A stretch of DNA of 64,000 nucleotides from Candidatus Iainarchaeum sp. (GTDB lineage: Archaea; B1Sed10-29; WALL01), in NCBI GenBank assembly GCA_023129115.1, contig JAGMCR010000003.1, positions 104,500-168,499 on the forward strand, read 5' to 3'. The notes beneath the pieces were generated by a model that saw only the letters and a program-made list of their open reading frames with translations, did no database searches and had not been told where the DNA came from. The position numbers and the translations under genes were made by a program. Of the stretch, positions 28,343-38,342 are shown one piece after another. Position 1 is the first letter of the stretch. Each line of letters opens with the position of its first letter.

Positions 28343-28427
28343 GAAGAAGCACCAGGGCCAGGGCGCCAACCCCAAGGGAAAGCACGAGTGGGTCCAGCCC
28401 AAGGGGAAGAGGCAGAGGAAGAGATGA
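28320..28427 (+). CDS. Small highly basic 35-aa peptide, absent from ORF track
   Basis: GGTGA RBS before ATG 28320; ATGA overlap with the Nudix start. Confidence 0.5.
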   Translation: MKGKNVIKKKHQGQGANPKGKHEWVQPKGKRQRKR

Positions 28428-28864
28428 GCTACCCGGAGCCGTGCGTCGGTGCCCTCATCGTGAACACCGACGGAAAAGTCCTCCTCGCCTCGAGCCCGAA
28501 GTGGCACGGCGAGTGGATAGTCCCGGGCGGGCACGTCGAGCTCGGCGAGACGCTCGAGCACGCCCTGAAGCGCGAGATAATGGAAGAGGTAGGCATCGAA
28601 ATAGAGGTCGTAAGGCTCCTGAAGGTCCAGGACTTCATCAACGACCCGTCGTTCCACAAGAAAAAGCACTTCGTCTTCCTGGACTTCCTGTGCCGCTTTG
28701 TCTCGGGCGAGCCAAAAGTCGATGGCATTGAATTGACAGAGTACAAGTGGCTCACGCCCGAGGAAGCGCTTGAGACGAACATCGACGGCTACAGCCGCAA
28801 ACTGGTCGAGGCCTACCTAACTGAACTTCCTTGCTACGACAACGAACCCCGGGAACCCAAATAG
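28424..28864 (+). CDS. Nudix hydrolase
   Basis: PGGHVELGETLEHALKREIMEEVG Nudix box. Confidence 0.92.
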   Translation: MSYPEPCVGALIVNTDGKVLLASSPKWHGEWIVPGGHVELGETLEHALKREIMEEVGIEIEVVRLLKVQDFINDPSFHKKKHFVFLDFLCRFVSGEPKVDGIELTEYKWLTPEEALETNIDGYSRKLVEAYLTELPCYDNEPREPK

Positions 28865-29527
28865 CCCCTTGACGCGCGCGTACTTCTTCACTTCTAATTC
28901 TTTCATGTCAAGCTCTATAATCCGCGTCTCGATAAACCCGAGCTCTTCCAGCTTGTTCGCGATGGGCTTCAGGTCGTCAATAATCGGCGTGAACACCGCA
29001 AGGAACCTTCCCTGCTTCAAATGCGGCGCCGCCTTCTCAATCCCTGCCGTGGGGCCCCTCATGTCCAAAAACACGGCGTCGTACTCCCCCAGCTTCGCCT
29101 CAAGCAAGTCTGTGTTGTGCAGTTCCACGTTCTTGAAGCCAGCTTTCTCGACGTTTGCCTTCGCGATTTTGTGAAAGCGTTCTTCCTTCTCGAACGTTTC
29201 CACTTTCTTGGCGATGTTGGCGAGCACCAGGGTCATGCAACCGCTCCCGGCCCCCGCCTCGAGCACCACGCTCTCCCCATCAATCCCAAGCATCGCCGCT
29301 ATCAGCCCGGCGTCATACTCATAAATCGGCCGCGCCCCCTTTTTCATGTTCTGTATCCTGTCCCGCAGCGTCGGCTCGACCACGAGATAGTCCTCACCCT
29401 TGGCGGTCTTCACAAGCCCGCCTTTCTTCACATCAGCCGCCTTAATCATCCCGTCTTTCGTGTGCACGTCTCCGCCTGGCCAGTCCTTCATGAACCCCCC
29501 GCGCCTGTGCAAAAACATTAAGTCCAT
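28817..29527 (-). CDS. trmI: tRNA (adenine-N1)-methyltransferase TrmI/Gcd14
   Basis: RPIYEYDAG, VLEAGAGSG, DAVFLDM; GGTGA before ATG 29527. Confidence 0.85.
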   Translation of the reverse strand: MDLMFLHRRGGFMKDWPGGDVHTKDGMIKAADVKKGGLVKTAKGEDYLVVEPTLRDRIQNMKKGARPIYEYDAGLIAAMLGIDGESVVLEAGAGSGCMTLVLANIAKKVETFEKEERFHKIAKANVEKAGFKNVELHNTDLLEAKLGEYDAVFLDMRGPTAGIEKAAPHLKQGRFLAVFTPIIDDLKPIANKLEELGFIETRIIELDMKELEVKKYARVKGLFGFPGFVVVARKFS

Positions 29528-29573
29528 GCATTCACCATCAATTGCAATTAAATCTCTATTAACCACTCAGGTT

Positions 29574-29700
29574 TTAAAACTATTTGTGGTAGTGTCAACT
29601 GTCCATTAATAAATGGGCTTGTAACTCTCTTATGAGGTTACGATTGGCTGGTTGACAAGCAGCCTACCAACTTCAGTCTTGCCGAGGCTGGCGATATTTT
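29574..29700 (-). ncRNA. Putative TnpB omega-RNA (scaffold plus flanking guide)
   Basis: GGCUG-cuuGUCAAC-CAGCC loop complementary to terminal GUUGAC (pseudoknot); GUAACCUC/GAGAGUUAC hairpin; 5' boundary unknown. Confidence 0.6.
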
Positions 29701-30801
29701 GGGAAGCGTTCAAGTCACTGTGCAACTCGAAGCCGCAGGACTTGCAGCTGAAGACAGCGCCGTTTCGATTGGATTTTGTTTTGTGGCTACACTTGCTACA
29801 TGTTTGGCTTGTGTAAGCCGCTCCCACGAACACGACAGTTTTGCCTGTTTCTTCTGCCTTGTAGCTAGTGAATGCTTGGAGTTGTGCGTAGCTCCATCCA
29901 CCCAGTTTTTTGTTGAAACGCTTTCCATTACGCTTCTTCTTTTTGATGTGGAGTTTTTCGAAGGCAATGCAATCAAAAGGCAGGGAAACCAATTCTTTGC
30001 TGATACAGTGGTTGAGGTCAGTCACGAACAGTCTTTCTCGCCCGCTAATATTCTTGAGCTTGCGTTTGGCAGAGCGAGTGCCAATAGACTGAAGCTTTCT
30101 GCGTAGGTATTGATATCTTCCCTTGACCTTTTTGAGGTGCTTGGAATTAAAGAACGTGTTATTAGAACAAACTGCAATATTGTTCACGCCGAGGTCAACT
30201 CCCAACACCAATTTTGGCTTTTTGGGTTTTGGAGCCTCCTTCTCAGCAATGAGAACGAAAAACAATTGGCTGTTTTTGTACTTGAGAGTCGCAGCCTTAA
30301 TTCGCCAATCCTTGTATTTGTTAAAGTGATTCGGGATTTTAATCGGAATTTTCTTTCTTCCACGAACCGTGCTGACAGAAACAAAGCCGCTTTCGAGGAA
30401 TGGGGTAAATGTCCGAAGATTTAACCTAACACTCCCAAGCAAGTGTTTCTTTGGCTTCTTGGTGAATTTAGTCCTCTTAAGCATATCACAGGCAACGTCT
30501 CTCGCGGATTGGACCAAGTTACTCTGGAGCAAGGGAAAGTCCCTGCGAATAGCGCGGTAAGTAAGCTTATGAAGTTTTATCTTGTTATGTTCCTTGATTT
30601 CCCAACCAACATTAATCACTTCTTGACAGGCTTGGTTGAATAGTTCCATCGTCTTAATTAAGTCTGGGTCGTCCTCACAAGGAGCCGTTATCGCCCTTTG
30701 CATGCCCATATATCCTATGAAAGGTATTTAAACACCATTCTACTACAACTTGCCGAGGACATAATCCGGGGTAGACTTAGGTTTCTCCCCAGATAAGTGG
30801 T
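29594..30801 (-). mobile_element. tnpB-only IS200/IS605 (IS1341-like) element
   Basis: Right end ..TTACAAGCCCATTTATTAATGGACAGTTGAC; imperfect hairpin ~30764-30794 upstream of tnpB; left boundary approximate; no tnpA. Confidence 0.7.
29630..30709 (-). CDS. tnpB: RNA-guided endonuclease TnpB
   Basis: RuvC GVDLG, AFEKL, YTSQTCSKC..CKSC Zn finger, SDLNASQNI; all three catalytic acids present. Confidence 0.95.
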   Translation of the reverse strand: MGMQRAITAPCEDDPDLIKTMELFNQACQEVINVGWEIKEHNKIKLHKLTYRAIRRDFPLLQSNLVQSARDVACDMLKRTKFTKKPKKHLLGSVRLNLRTFTPFLESGFVSVSTVRGRKKIPIKIPNHFNKYKDWRIKAATLKYKNSQLFFVLIAEKEAPKPKKPKLVLGVDLGVNNIAVCSNNTFFNSKHLKKVKGRYQYLRRKLQSIGTRSAKRKLKNISGRERLFVTDLNHCISKELVSLPFDCIAFEKLHIKKKKRNGKRFNKKLGGWSYAQLQAFTSYKAEETGKTVVFVGAAYTSQTCSKCSHKTKSNRNGAVFSCKSCGFELHSDLNASQNIASLGKTEVGRLLVNQPIVTS

Positions 30802-30805
30802 TTCA

Positions 30806-31798
30806 ATGCATCTTCCCAACATCTATGCAACGCCTTACTACAAATTCTATGTCATAATCTCAATAGCCCTGGCAATCGCCGCGTTCCTCGCCCTGCCCGG
30901 CCTGAAGTACGGCATTGACCTCAACGGCGGCACGCAGCTCATGGCAACCATCGACAGCAGCGTCTCCGAGGCCGAGCTCGGAGCCAGCCTCGCGAAGTAC
31001 AGCCTGGACGACCTCTCAATCCGCTTCTCCGAAAACCCGCTCACGGGAAGGAAGGGCGTAATCATCGAGTTCGCGGGCACGCCAGACCTCATCGAGGCGG
31101 ACGCAATCACCGAGTCCAACCCAGGCCGCGCCATCGCGCTCGCGCGCCCCTACACCCGGGGCAATGCCAGCGCCGCAATGACCGCCCGCGAGGTCGTCGA
31201 GCTAGCCAAGGCCGACTTCACCAAGGAAGTCCAGAACGGCCTGGCCAGCTTCCTCGGGGTGCCCGAGGAGCAGATTGGCTCGGTCGAAATCGGCGCGTCG
31301 CTCGGCAGGGAGTTCTGGGAGACCTCGCAGCGCGCCCTCTTGGTCGCGTTCTTCCTCATCGCGGCAATCGTGTTCATAATCTTCCGTGAGGTCGTGCCGT
31401 CAATCGCAGTAATCCAGGCGGCGGTGTTCGACGTGTTCATCGCCCTGGGGGGCATGGCGGTCTTCGGCATCCCACTCACCCTCCCAACTATTGCGGCCCT
31501 GCTGATGATGCTGGGCCACTCGGTCGACACTGACATCCTAATCACGGACAGGATTCTGAAGCGCAAGCAAGGCACTCCAGCCGAGCGCGCGTTCGGCGCC
31601 ATGAAGACAGGCGTCACAATGACCGGAACCCTGCTAATCGTGCTCGTGGTCCTCGTGGTATTCTCGCACTTCAACCAGATGACGACCCTTTTCCAAATCG
31701 CGGCGGTGCTCATGTTTGGCATGCTTGCCGACCTGCCGAGCACCTACTTCACTAACTCAGTACTGGTACAGTGGTGGGCGGAACGAAAACAGAAATAA
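30806..31798 (+). CDS. secF: Protein translocase subunit SecF
   Basis: GIDLNGG, IGASLG, GHSVDTDILIT. Confidence 0.92.
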   Translation: MHLPNIYATPYYKFYVIISIALAIAAFLALPGLKYGIDLNGGTQLMATIDSSVSEAELGASLAKYSLDDLSIRFSENPLTGRKGVIIEFAGTPDLIEADAITESNPGRAIALARPYTRGNASAAMTAREVVELAKADFTKEVQNGLASFLGVPEEQIGSVEIGASLGREFWETSQRALLVAFFLIAAIVFIIFREVVPSIAVIQAAVFDVFIALGGMAVFGIPLTLPTIAALLMMLGHSVDTDILITDRILKRKQGTPAERAFGAMKTGVTMTGTLLIVLVVLVVFSHFNQMTTLFQIAAVLMFGMLADLPSTYFTNSVLVQWWAERKQK

Positions 31799-33288
31799 CT
31801 GAACTGTGGAAGGACTGGAGAATCAAGGTCTACATAGCAGTGCTCCTGCTCAGCTTCATCCCCCTGCTGTTCTTCGGCCTCGAGTTCGGCATGGACTTCC
31901 GCGGCGGAACCATCATCCAGCTCCGCCTGGAAGAGCCCGTCGACCCGGTGACAATGGGCACCATGATCACTGTCCTGTCCGAGCGCCTGAATGGCTTTGG
32001 CCTGAAGGACATCAGCGTACGCCCCTTTGGCACAGAGTACATAACCGTAGAGGTCTCCGCAAGCGACTCCGCTACTGTCGGGCAGCTGAAGAACCTCTTG
32101 TCGCAGCAGGGCAGCTTCGAGGCAATCGTTGACGGCCAGGTCGTGCTTTATTCAGAGGACATCATTGGCGTCGTGACCAACCCCCAGAAGGGATACGGCT
32201 ACATCTCGTCGACGCAGAAGTGGCAGGTGCCGTTCGAGCTGTCCAAGGAGGGCAGCGACCGCTTCGCCGCACAGGCAGAGGGCAAGTGCACCGAAGAAGA
32301 CTGCGAAAGAATCTTCATGTTCATCGACCGGCCCCAGAACGCGGCCATCGTTGTCCCCCAGGCGTTCTACAGCGACGAGTCCGAGATGAGGATTGACCCA
32401 ACGAATCCCGGCTCTTACCCAATCCTGATTGAAGAGTTCGAGAAGAACACGCTCATCCCGATTCTCGTGGCCGACGAGCTGACGCCCGAGCTCGTCGCCG
32501 GGCTTGACAACTACAGCAAGATTATTGTCCCCGAGGGCGTCTACTCCCTCCCAGCCGACGAGCGGTTTGTCGAGAGGGGCAACTCCTCGACCTACTGGCT
32601 CTGGGGCGCGACCAACCTGAAGAGTGTATTGTTCCTGACGCCCGGCGTCACGAGCGGCGAGCCGGTGCGCGAGGCCATAATCACCGGCGGCGCCCCGGAC
32701 ATAGAGACCGCGCTTTCCGACATGACCGAGATAGTGGTCGTCCTCCGCAGCGGCCGGCTGCCGGTAAGCCTGTCAATCGCGAGCACGAGCTCTGTGTCAC
32801 CGACACTTGGCTCGACGTTCCTGTCGGACGCTCTGCTGATGGGGCTGCTGGCGTGGCTCGCCGTGGGCGCGCTTGTGTTCATTCGCTACAGGAAGCCACG
32901 CGTCACCGGCCTGATGATGATGGGCAACGCGTCCGAGATACTGATTATCCTAGGCATCACCGCGCTCATCCACCACCAGCTCGACATGGCCTCGATTGCG
33001 GGCATAATGGCGGCGGTGGGCACTGGCGTGGACCAGTTCATAATCATCACTGACGAGATTACGCGCGGCGAGCGCGGGGACTACCAGGAAAGCGTGGTCG
33101 CCCGCATCAAGCGCGCGTTCCGCATAATCGTCGCCTCTGCCATGACCACTGGGGCGGCGATGATTCCGCTGATGACCCTGGGCCTCGGGCTGCTGAAGGG
33201 CTTCGCCATCACGACCCTGATTGGCATCATCATCGGCGTGCTCGTCGTGAGGCCCGCGTTCGGAAAGGCGATAGAAAAATTCATGTGA
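31771..33288 (+). CDS. secD: Protein translocase subunit SecD
   Basis: GMDFRGG, LRSGRLP, VSPTLG, GTGVDQFIIITDE, LKGFAITT. Confidence 0.92.
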   Translation: MVGGTKTEITELWKDWRIKVYIAVLLLSFIPLLFFGLEFGMDFRGGTIIQLRLEEPVDPVTMGTMITVLSERLNGFGLKDISVRPFGTEYITVEVSASDSATVGQLKNLLSQQGSFEAIVDGQVVLYSEDIIGVVTNPQKGYGYISSTQKWQVPFELSKEGSDRFAAQAEGKCTEEDCERIFMFIDRPQNAAIVVPQAFYSDESEMRIDPTNPGSYPILIEEFEKNTLIPILVADELTPELVAGLDNYSKIIVPEGVYSLPADERFVERGNSSTYWLWGATNLKSVLFLTPGVTSGEPVREAIITGGAPDIETALSDMTEIVVVLRSGRLPVSLSIASTSSVSPTLGSTFLSDALLMGLLAWLAVGALVFIRYRKPRVTGLMMMGNASEILIILGITALIHHQLDMASIAGIMAAVGTGVDQFIIITDEITRGERGDYQESVVARIKRAFRIIVASAMTTGAAMIPLMTLGLGLLKGFAITTLIGIIIGVLVVRPAFGKAIEKFM

Positions 33289-33298
33289 AGGTGTAATA

Positions 33299-35152
33299 AT
33301 GCGCAAGTTTGCTATTTTGCTGTTGTGTGCCCTCTTGGTGGGATGCGTTGGGACGCAGCCGGCTGAGCAGGAGAACAACATTACTGTCACGGAGGACACC
33401 GAGCTCCTGGCGCCTGAGCTGACCCCTGCCGGCTTCGTGAAGTCCGGCGACGTCACGGTAAAGGCTTTGTTCGACGAGCCCGTGGTGCTCACGGAGTTCA
33501 AGATTGACGGCCTGAGCCAGAACGTGACGCGGAAGGACGAGAAGACGTACGAGGTAGAGAAGTCCTTCAGCGACGGGACCCACAACATCTCGGTCTCGGC
33601 CGAGGACACGGCCGGCAACTCGGTCTCGAAGAAAGTCGAGCTGACGGTCGACACCGCCGCCCCCACGGTGACGGTGGACCCCGAGGACAACGAGCAGACC
33701 AGCGACTCGGAGGTCGAGATAACCGTGACCTTCAGCGAGGAGGTCACTATTGCCGAGGCCAAGCTCAACTCGGACGCCATCACGCTCTCTTCCTCTGACG
33801 GCAAGGTGTTCACGCTCACGAAGAGCCTGGACGATGCAGAGCACTCGCTCTACATCAAGGCGAGGGACAAGGCGGGCAACGAGGTAGTGTCCGACACAAA
33901 GTTCACTGTGTCCTCGGCCTCTCCTGACACCACTGCGCCGCCGCAGGTTGGCAATGTCAAGGCCACTGACACGGGAGCGGGCGGCGAAGTAAAGCTCACG
34001 TGGAGCACGGTGGACGTCAATGACTTCAAGGAGTACCACGTCTTCAAGTTCACCGAAGAAATCACCAATGTCTTCGGAAAAACAGTGGCCTACTACATCA
34101 AGGCCAAGTCGACTGCGAGCTGGACAATCGGCGGCCTCGACAACGACAAGCGGTACTGCTTTGCGGTTACGGCGATGGACAACTCTGGCAACGAGGACTA
34201 CGATGTCCTCCCGTCGTGCGTGAAGCCGACCGAGAGCGACAAGACGCCGCCGTCCATCACTGACGAGTCGCCCGACGACACTGTCTACGGCACCAACAAG
34301 CCGGTGATAAAGGTGGTGACCAACGAGGCGGCCGCGTGCAGGTACTCGCTCTCCAGCGACTCGGACAAGGAATTCGACGAGTACGGCGACCTCGCGTACT
34401 CCATGGACCGGAACGCGGACAAGACCATCCACACGCGGAAGCATTCCGCGCTCGACAACGGGACATGGTACGTCTACGCCATGTGCAAGGACCTCGAGGA
34501 CAACGTTATGGGCTCTACTCACGAGTGGGACTTCGACGTCGAGTACGCGCCCGAGCCAAACACCGCGCCTTCAGTTACAGATGTTGCGATAGACCCGGAC
34601 CTGGCATACAACCTAACTGACCTGACGTGTGACGGGACTTTCTCTGACGCTGACAGCGACTCTGAGTTAGACAGTGAGTTCCGCTGGTGGAACAACGACG
34701 CACTCATTGCTGGCGAGACATCCGAAACACTCGACAGCTCAAACTTCGTGAAGGACGACGAGATAAGGTGCGAGTACACGCCGTGCGACGGGACGGACTG
34801 CGGGACACCAAAGAACTCAAGCAAGCTGGTGATTAGCAACTCTGATCCGGAGCTGTCCAGCGATGACGTGGACCCAACGACGGGCAGCACCACCACAACA
34901 TTCAACTTCACTGTGGTCTACACCGACGACGACAACGACGCGCCGGGCACAATCAAGCTCTACTTGAACTCGACTGCGGGCGAAAACAATTATCCTTTGG
35001 CTGCAGCCGATTCCGCGGCTTATTCCGATGGGCGCACTTATTTCAAGGCGCTTACCCTCGCGGCCGGCAACTACACGTATTGGTTCACGTGCTCTGACGG
35101 CGACGGCGGGACCGACGAGACCACCCAGACCGGTGGCCCCACGGTGACGTGA
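33299..35152 (+). CDS. Acidic surface lipoprotein with Ig-like/FN3 domains
   Basis: Lipobox LLVGC, DTAGN/DKAGN and VDTAAP motifs, FN3-like LTW..YHV..Y.FAVTAMD.SGNE. Confidence 0.82.
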   Translation: MRKFAILLLCALLVGCVGTQPAEQENNITVTEDTELLAPELTPAGFVKSGDVTVKALFDEPVVLTEFKIDGLSQNVTRKDEKTYEVEKSFSDGTHNISVSAEDTAGNSVSKKVELTVDTAAPTVTVDPEDNEQTSDSEVEITVTFSEEVTIAEAKLNSDAITLSSSDGKVFTLTKSLDDAEHSLYIKARDKAGNEVVSDTKFTVSSASPDTTAPPQVGNVKATDTGAGGEVKLTWSTVDVNDFKEYHVFKFTEEITNVFGKTVAYYIKAKSTASWTIGGLDNDKRYCFAVTAMDNSGNEDYDVLPSCVKPTESDKTPPSITDESPDDTVYGTNKPVIKVVTNEAAACRYSLSSDSDKEFDEYGDLAYSMDRNADKTIHTRKHSALDNGTWYVYAMCKDLEDNVMGSTHEWDFDVEYAPEPNTAPSVTDVAIDPDLAYNLTDLTCDGTFSDADSDSELDSEFRWWNNDALIAGETSETLDSSNFVKDDEIRCEYTPCDGTDCGTPKNSSKLVISNSDPELSSDDVDPTTGSTTTTFNFTVVYTDDDNDAPGTIKLYLNSTAGENNYPLAAADSAAYSDGRTYFKALTLAAGNYTYWFTCSDGDGGTDETTQTGGPTVT

Positions 35153-35904
35153 TGGACCTCACCGAGGCACAAGCCATTGTTGACGAAGCGCTTTCCGCTA
35201 GGAAAATGGCCATCATCGTGGGCGAGTGCAGCGTAAAGTACCACGGCCGCGCCGCCTCGAAGCTCTCGTCCGGCGAGCGCGTGGTGCTCATCAAGGGCGA
35301 CGGCTCTTTCCTGGTGCACCAGAACTCCGGCCTTGCGGCAATCAACTACCAGCCGCCGAAGGGCACCATCACAACCAAGCTCGGCGAGGACACCCTCGTA
35401 ATCCGCGCCACGCGCAAGAAGCCGGCCGAACTGTTAGAGGCGATTTTTTCCAAGGTCTTTTCAGCCAGCTCTTTTTCCTTAAGGGACGACTCGTCGCTCC
35501 GCGTGTTCGGCACAGAGAAAAACCTTTCCGACTTGATTATGCAGAAGCCCGACCTCGTTGAAGAAGGCCTCACCGTGTTGAACCAGGAGTCCCCACTCTC
35601 AAAAGGCAAAATCGACATCTTCGCCCGCGACAAGAAAGGCAACTCTGTCGTCATCGAGGTCAAGCGCCGCACCGCTGGACTGAAGGAAGTGACGCAGCTC
35701 CAGCGCTACGTCGACGAAGTCGGCAAGCGCCTCGACACGAAGACGCGCGGAATCCTGTGCGCGCCAAAAATAACTCCCTCCGCCCTGCACATGCTCGAGG
35801 AAAAAAACCTTGAGTTCTGCACACTCGACTATGAAATACACAACCCGTCCGCGAAAATCCGCAGCATCAAGAAAAAGCAAAAGGGGCTTGGTGACTACCT
35901 GTGA
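35149..35904 (+). CDS. nucS: Endonuclease NucS/EndoMS
   Basis: YHGRAAS.L..GER, IKGDGSFLVH, IDIFARD, VIEVKRR, QLQRY. Confidence 0.93.
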   Translation: MMDLTEAQAIVDEALSARKMAIIVGECSVKYHGRAASKLSSGERVVLIKGDGSFLVHQNSGLAAINYQPPKGTITTKLGEDTLVIRATRKKPAELLEAIFSKVFSASSFSLRDDSSLRVFGTEKNLSDLIMQKPDLVEEGLTVLNQESPLSKGKIDIFARDKKGNSVVIEVKRRTAGLKEVTQLQRYVDEVGKRLDTKTRGILCAPKITPSALHMLEEKNLEFCTLDYEIHNPSAKIRSIKKKQKGLGDYL

Positions 35905-36427
35905 AAATCGCTGTCGGCTCGGAAAGAAAAGCAAAGCACGAGGGCGTGCGAAAGGCGTTTGCCCATTACTACAACGACTTCGAAATCGTTCCGGTGAAGT
36001 GCGTCTCGGGAGTCGCGGCGCAGCCAATGAGCGACGACGAGACCATCGACGGCGCGGTCAACCGCGCCCATGCCGCGCTCGGGCACGGCGACCTCGGCGT
36101 GGGAATCGAGGCCGGGATAAAACCTGTGAAGCACTCAATCAACGGCTACCTCAATACCACGTGGTGCGCCATAATAGACAAGAACGGTTTCCTCACGGTG
36201 GGCTCTTCGCCTGACTTTGAGTACCCCAAGAAGATAGTTGAGGCCGCGCTTGCCGGGATTGAGGCCAGTGCCTCGGCTGCAGAGCTTTTTAAGGTGGATG
36301 AGGCGGATTTAAGGGAAAAAGGGGTGATTGGGGAACTAACTAAAGGCGTCTGCCCCCCCGGCACCAATACGTCTACTTGGCTGTCCTGATGGCCCTCGCT
36401 CCCAGGCTGCACCCAGGCCTTTTCTAG
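35901..36427 (+). pseudogene. yjjX: Inosine/xanthosine triphosphatase (YjjX/DUF84), frameshifted at a C7 tract
   Basis: IAVGS..K, SGVAAQP, GAVNRA, VGIEAG; expected C-terminus (R..YVYLAVLMALAP..HPGLF*) lies in another frame after C7 at 36353-36359. Confidence 0.8.
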
Positions 36428-36627
36428 GTCCTAGCAGCGAGCTTTATGTCGTCTGCTGTGACCGTCTTGCGCCCTGCGTGCTTGGCGAGCTGGATTGCCT
36501 GGGCACCAAGGTCCAGGGCTACCTCTTCAAGCACCTCTATAAGCTCGTCACACGCGCTCGCGCTGACCCTGGAGGCTCCAGCGTTCCGAATAAGCCGTTC
36601 AACGGCTGCTCTTGGCAATTCACTCAT
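36424..36627 (-). CDS. Archaeal histone (HMf family)
   Basis: ELPRAAVERLIRNAGASRVS...AKHAGRKTVTADDIKLA; GGAGTGA RBS. Confidence 0.95.
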   Translation of the reverse strand: MSELPRAAVERLIRNAGASRVSASACDELIEVLEEVALDLGAQAIQLAKHAGRKTVTADDIKLAART

Positions 36628-36830
36628 AATTATCACTCCTTTCGGCGCTAACTCGTGCCAACGCCCAGTATTCCTTAACCTAACCACGAATAAATACTTT
36701 TCCCCGCGAATAACGCAAAAATACTGCTTTTTGCAGGAATTAAGGCTTATTTCACCGTGACCGACTTGGCCAAATTCCATACGTGCGGGGTCTCGGGAGG
36801 AAGATTACCGTACGGCTCTAGAGCCCCATT

Positions 36831-38237
36831 CTACTTCTTTGCTTTCTTGACGACCTCTACGTCGAAATGGCGTATCATGCCCCCTATGTTCATTGTCAAG
36901 AACAGCTTGGGCACAAGCTTGTTTTTTTCCGGCTCCAGCACGACTGTGATGAGGGGCATCTGGGAAAACCACCCATCCATTTTGGAAGGGCGGAACATTT
37001 GCTTACCGCCTATCAAGTACTTGTACTTTGGCTTGATTACCTCTACAACCCCGTATTTCGTCCGCTTGGCCTCGAGTGCTTCCGGCGTGTTTTTCTTAAT
37101 CTTTTCAAGCATTTTGGGGAAGCGCAGGGTCCTGGCCAGCTCGTAGGGGTGGACGTGGAACTTGGCGTCTGATTTCGTTTCAAGTAGTGTAGAGTGCTGG
37201 GGTATGCTGACAAAAGGCAGTTGTGTTAGGGTGCTGTAGACTGGCTCCAGCCACAGGTTTCCGTCTTTGCCCAGCCTAGCCTTGGCTCCGCCAGCGTATT
37301 CCAGGCCATGAAGCATGGCTTCATCGCCTAACGCCAGTTTCGACAGCCAGTTCGCGGTCTTGGAGTCAATGCATATCTTTTGCCTCTTCTTTTCGACTGC
37401 CAGTTTCTGTTTCTTGATTTTTTTGTACTCCAGTGTTTTTTGCAGTTCTTCGACTGCGTCGCCGCGTTTTTTTACCAGTTCTTCGTCCCCGTCCATAATG
37501 CGGTTCAGCACCTCAAAGCTCTCGAGCCCTTTTGCCCTCAGCCCGCTTTTAACAATCCACTTAAGTTTACTGTTCAAACTGTAAATCTTGTCCCTCTCCT
37601 TGAAAAAGCGCTGTTTTTGCCACCACTTTGCCTTGTTTTTCTCGTACTTGTCGAACTTTTTTGACCTGAACTTGTTCTGGTAGTGGCTTAGCATATCGAC
37701 GTGCGGGTACCAATCGTCTTCTTTCTCCAGCTCGTCCTTCCAGTCAGGGCTTTTTTCTGCCAGCTGCTTTAGGTATGCTGTATTGGTTGTGTGTATTTGC
37801 CCCATGAAATTCTCGAGTGCCGACAAGCTTTCGTTTAGCCTGAGAGAGTTCATCACCCCTCTTTTTTTGAGGCATATCTCAAGATGGCCCTCCACGTTTT
37901 TGTGGAACACGGCCGCCTGTTTTGCCGCGTAGTCCAGCCATCGCTTGTGGTACTTGTTGGGCGTTTTCTTTGCCAGCGCCTCCATCCTCGCAACAAAGGC
38001 GTCCTTGTCCTTGGCAACCCCGCCCCGGAGCGTCCTCAGGACAAGCTTTTGGCTGTACCTCTTGGACTTCGCAAGATTGTCCATAACCCGAGGCAGGGAC
38101 CACCACCAGTCCGGCCCCTCGTCCCAGACAATCCCCAGGATTTTTTCGAGCTCTTGTTTTTTTGTCTTGCCGCGTATCCCACGGCGCATTATCCGGTCAA
38201 TTCTCTTTTCGGTTCTTGACCTTTCCCTTTGTGGCAT
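36831..38237 (-). CDS. Hypothetical Lys-rich protein
   Basis: Likely start MPQRERSR after TTTTTATA box; no family recognised. Confidence 0.7.
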   Translation of the reverse strand: MPQRERSRTEKRIDRIMRRGIRGKTKKQELEKILGIVWDEGPDWWWSLPRVMDNLAKSKRYSQKLVLRTLRGGVAKDKDAFVARMEALAKKTPNKYHKRWLDYAAKQAAVFHKNVEGHLEICLKKRGVMNSLRLNESLSALENFMGQIHTTNTAYLKQLAEKSPDWKDELEKEDDWYPHVDMLSHYQNKFRSKKFDKYEKNKAKWWQKQRFFKERDKIYSLNSKLKWIVKSGLRAKGLESFEVLNRIMDGDEELVKKRGDAVEELQKTLEYKKIKKQKLAVEKKRQKICIDSKTANWLSKLALGDEAMLHGLEYAGGAKARLGKDGNLWLEPVYSTLTQLPFVSIPQHSTLLETKSDAKFHVHPYELARTLRFPKMLEKIKKNTPEALEAKRTKYGVVEVIKPKYKYLIGGKQMFRPSKMDGWFSQMPLITVVLEPEKNKLVPKLFLTMNIGGMIRHFDVEVVKKAKK

Positions 38238-38318
38238 CAACAAGATTATGCAAGAAACAGTATAAAAGAGCCTCGGGAGGGAAGCAAGTCCCATACCCAA
38301 AGCACCAAAACACTTAAA

Positions 38319-38334
38319 TATATCAATTGATATA
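38319..38334. promoter_or_regulatory. Perfect palindrome TATATCAATTGATATA, candidate TA operator
   Basis: 16-bp perfect inverted repeat between a TATA-like CTTAAATA and ATG 38343. Confidence 0.6.
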
Positions 38335-38342
38335 ACCAAGGT

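Noticed and set aside
29574-29593. In-window targets for either predicted guide (29574-29593 and 53775-53794)
   Set aside because: Only matches of about 7 nt were found by eye; a proper search is needed
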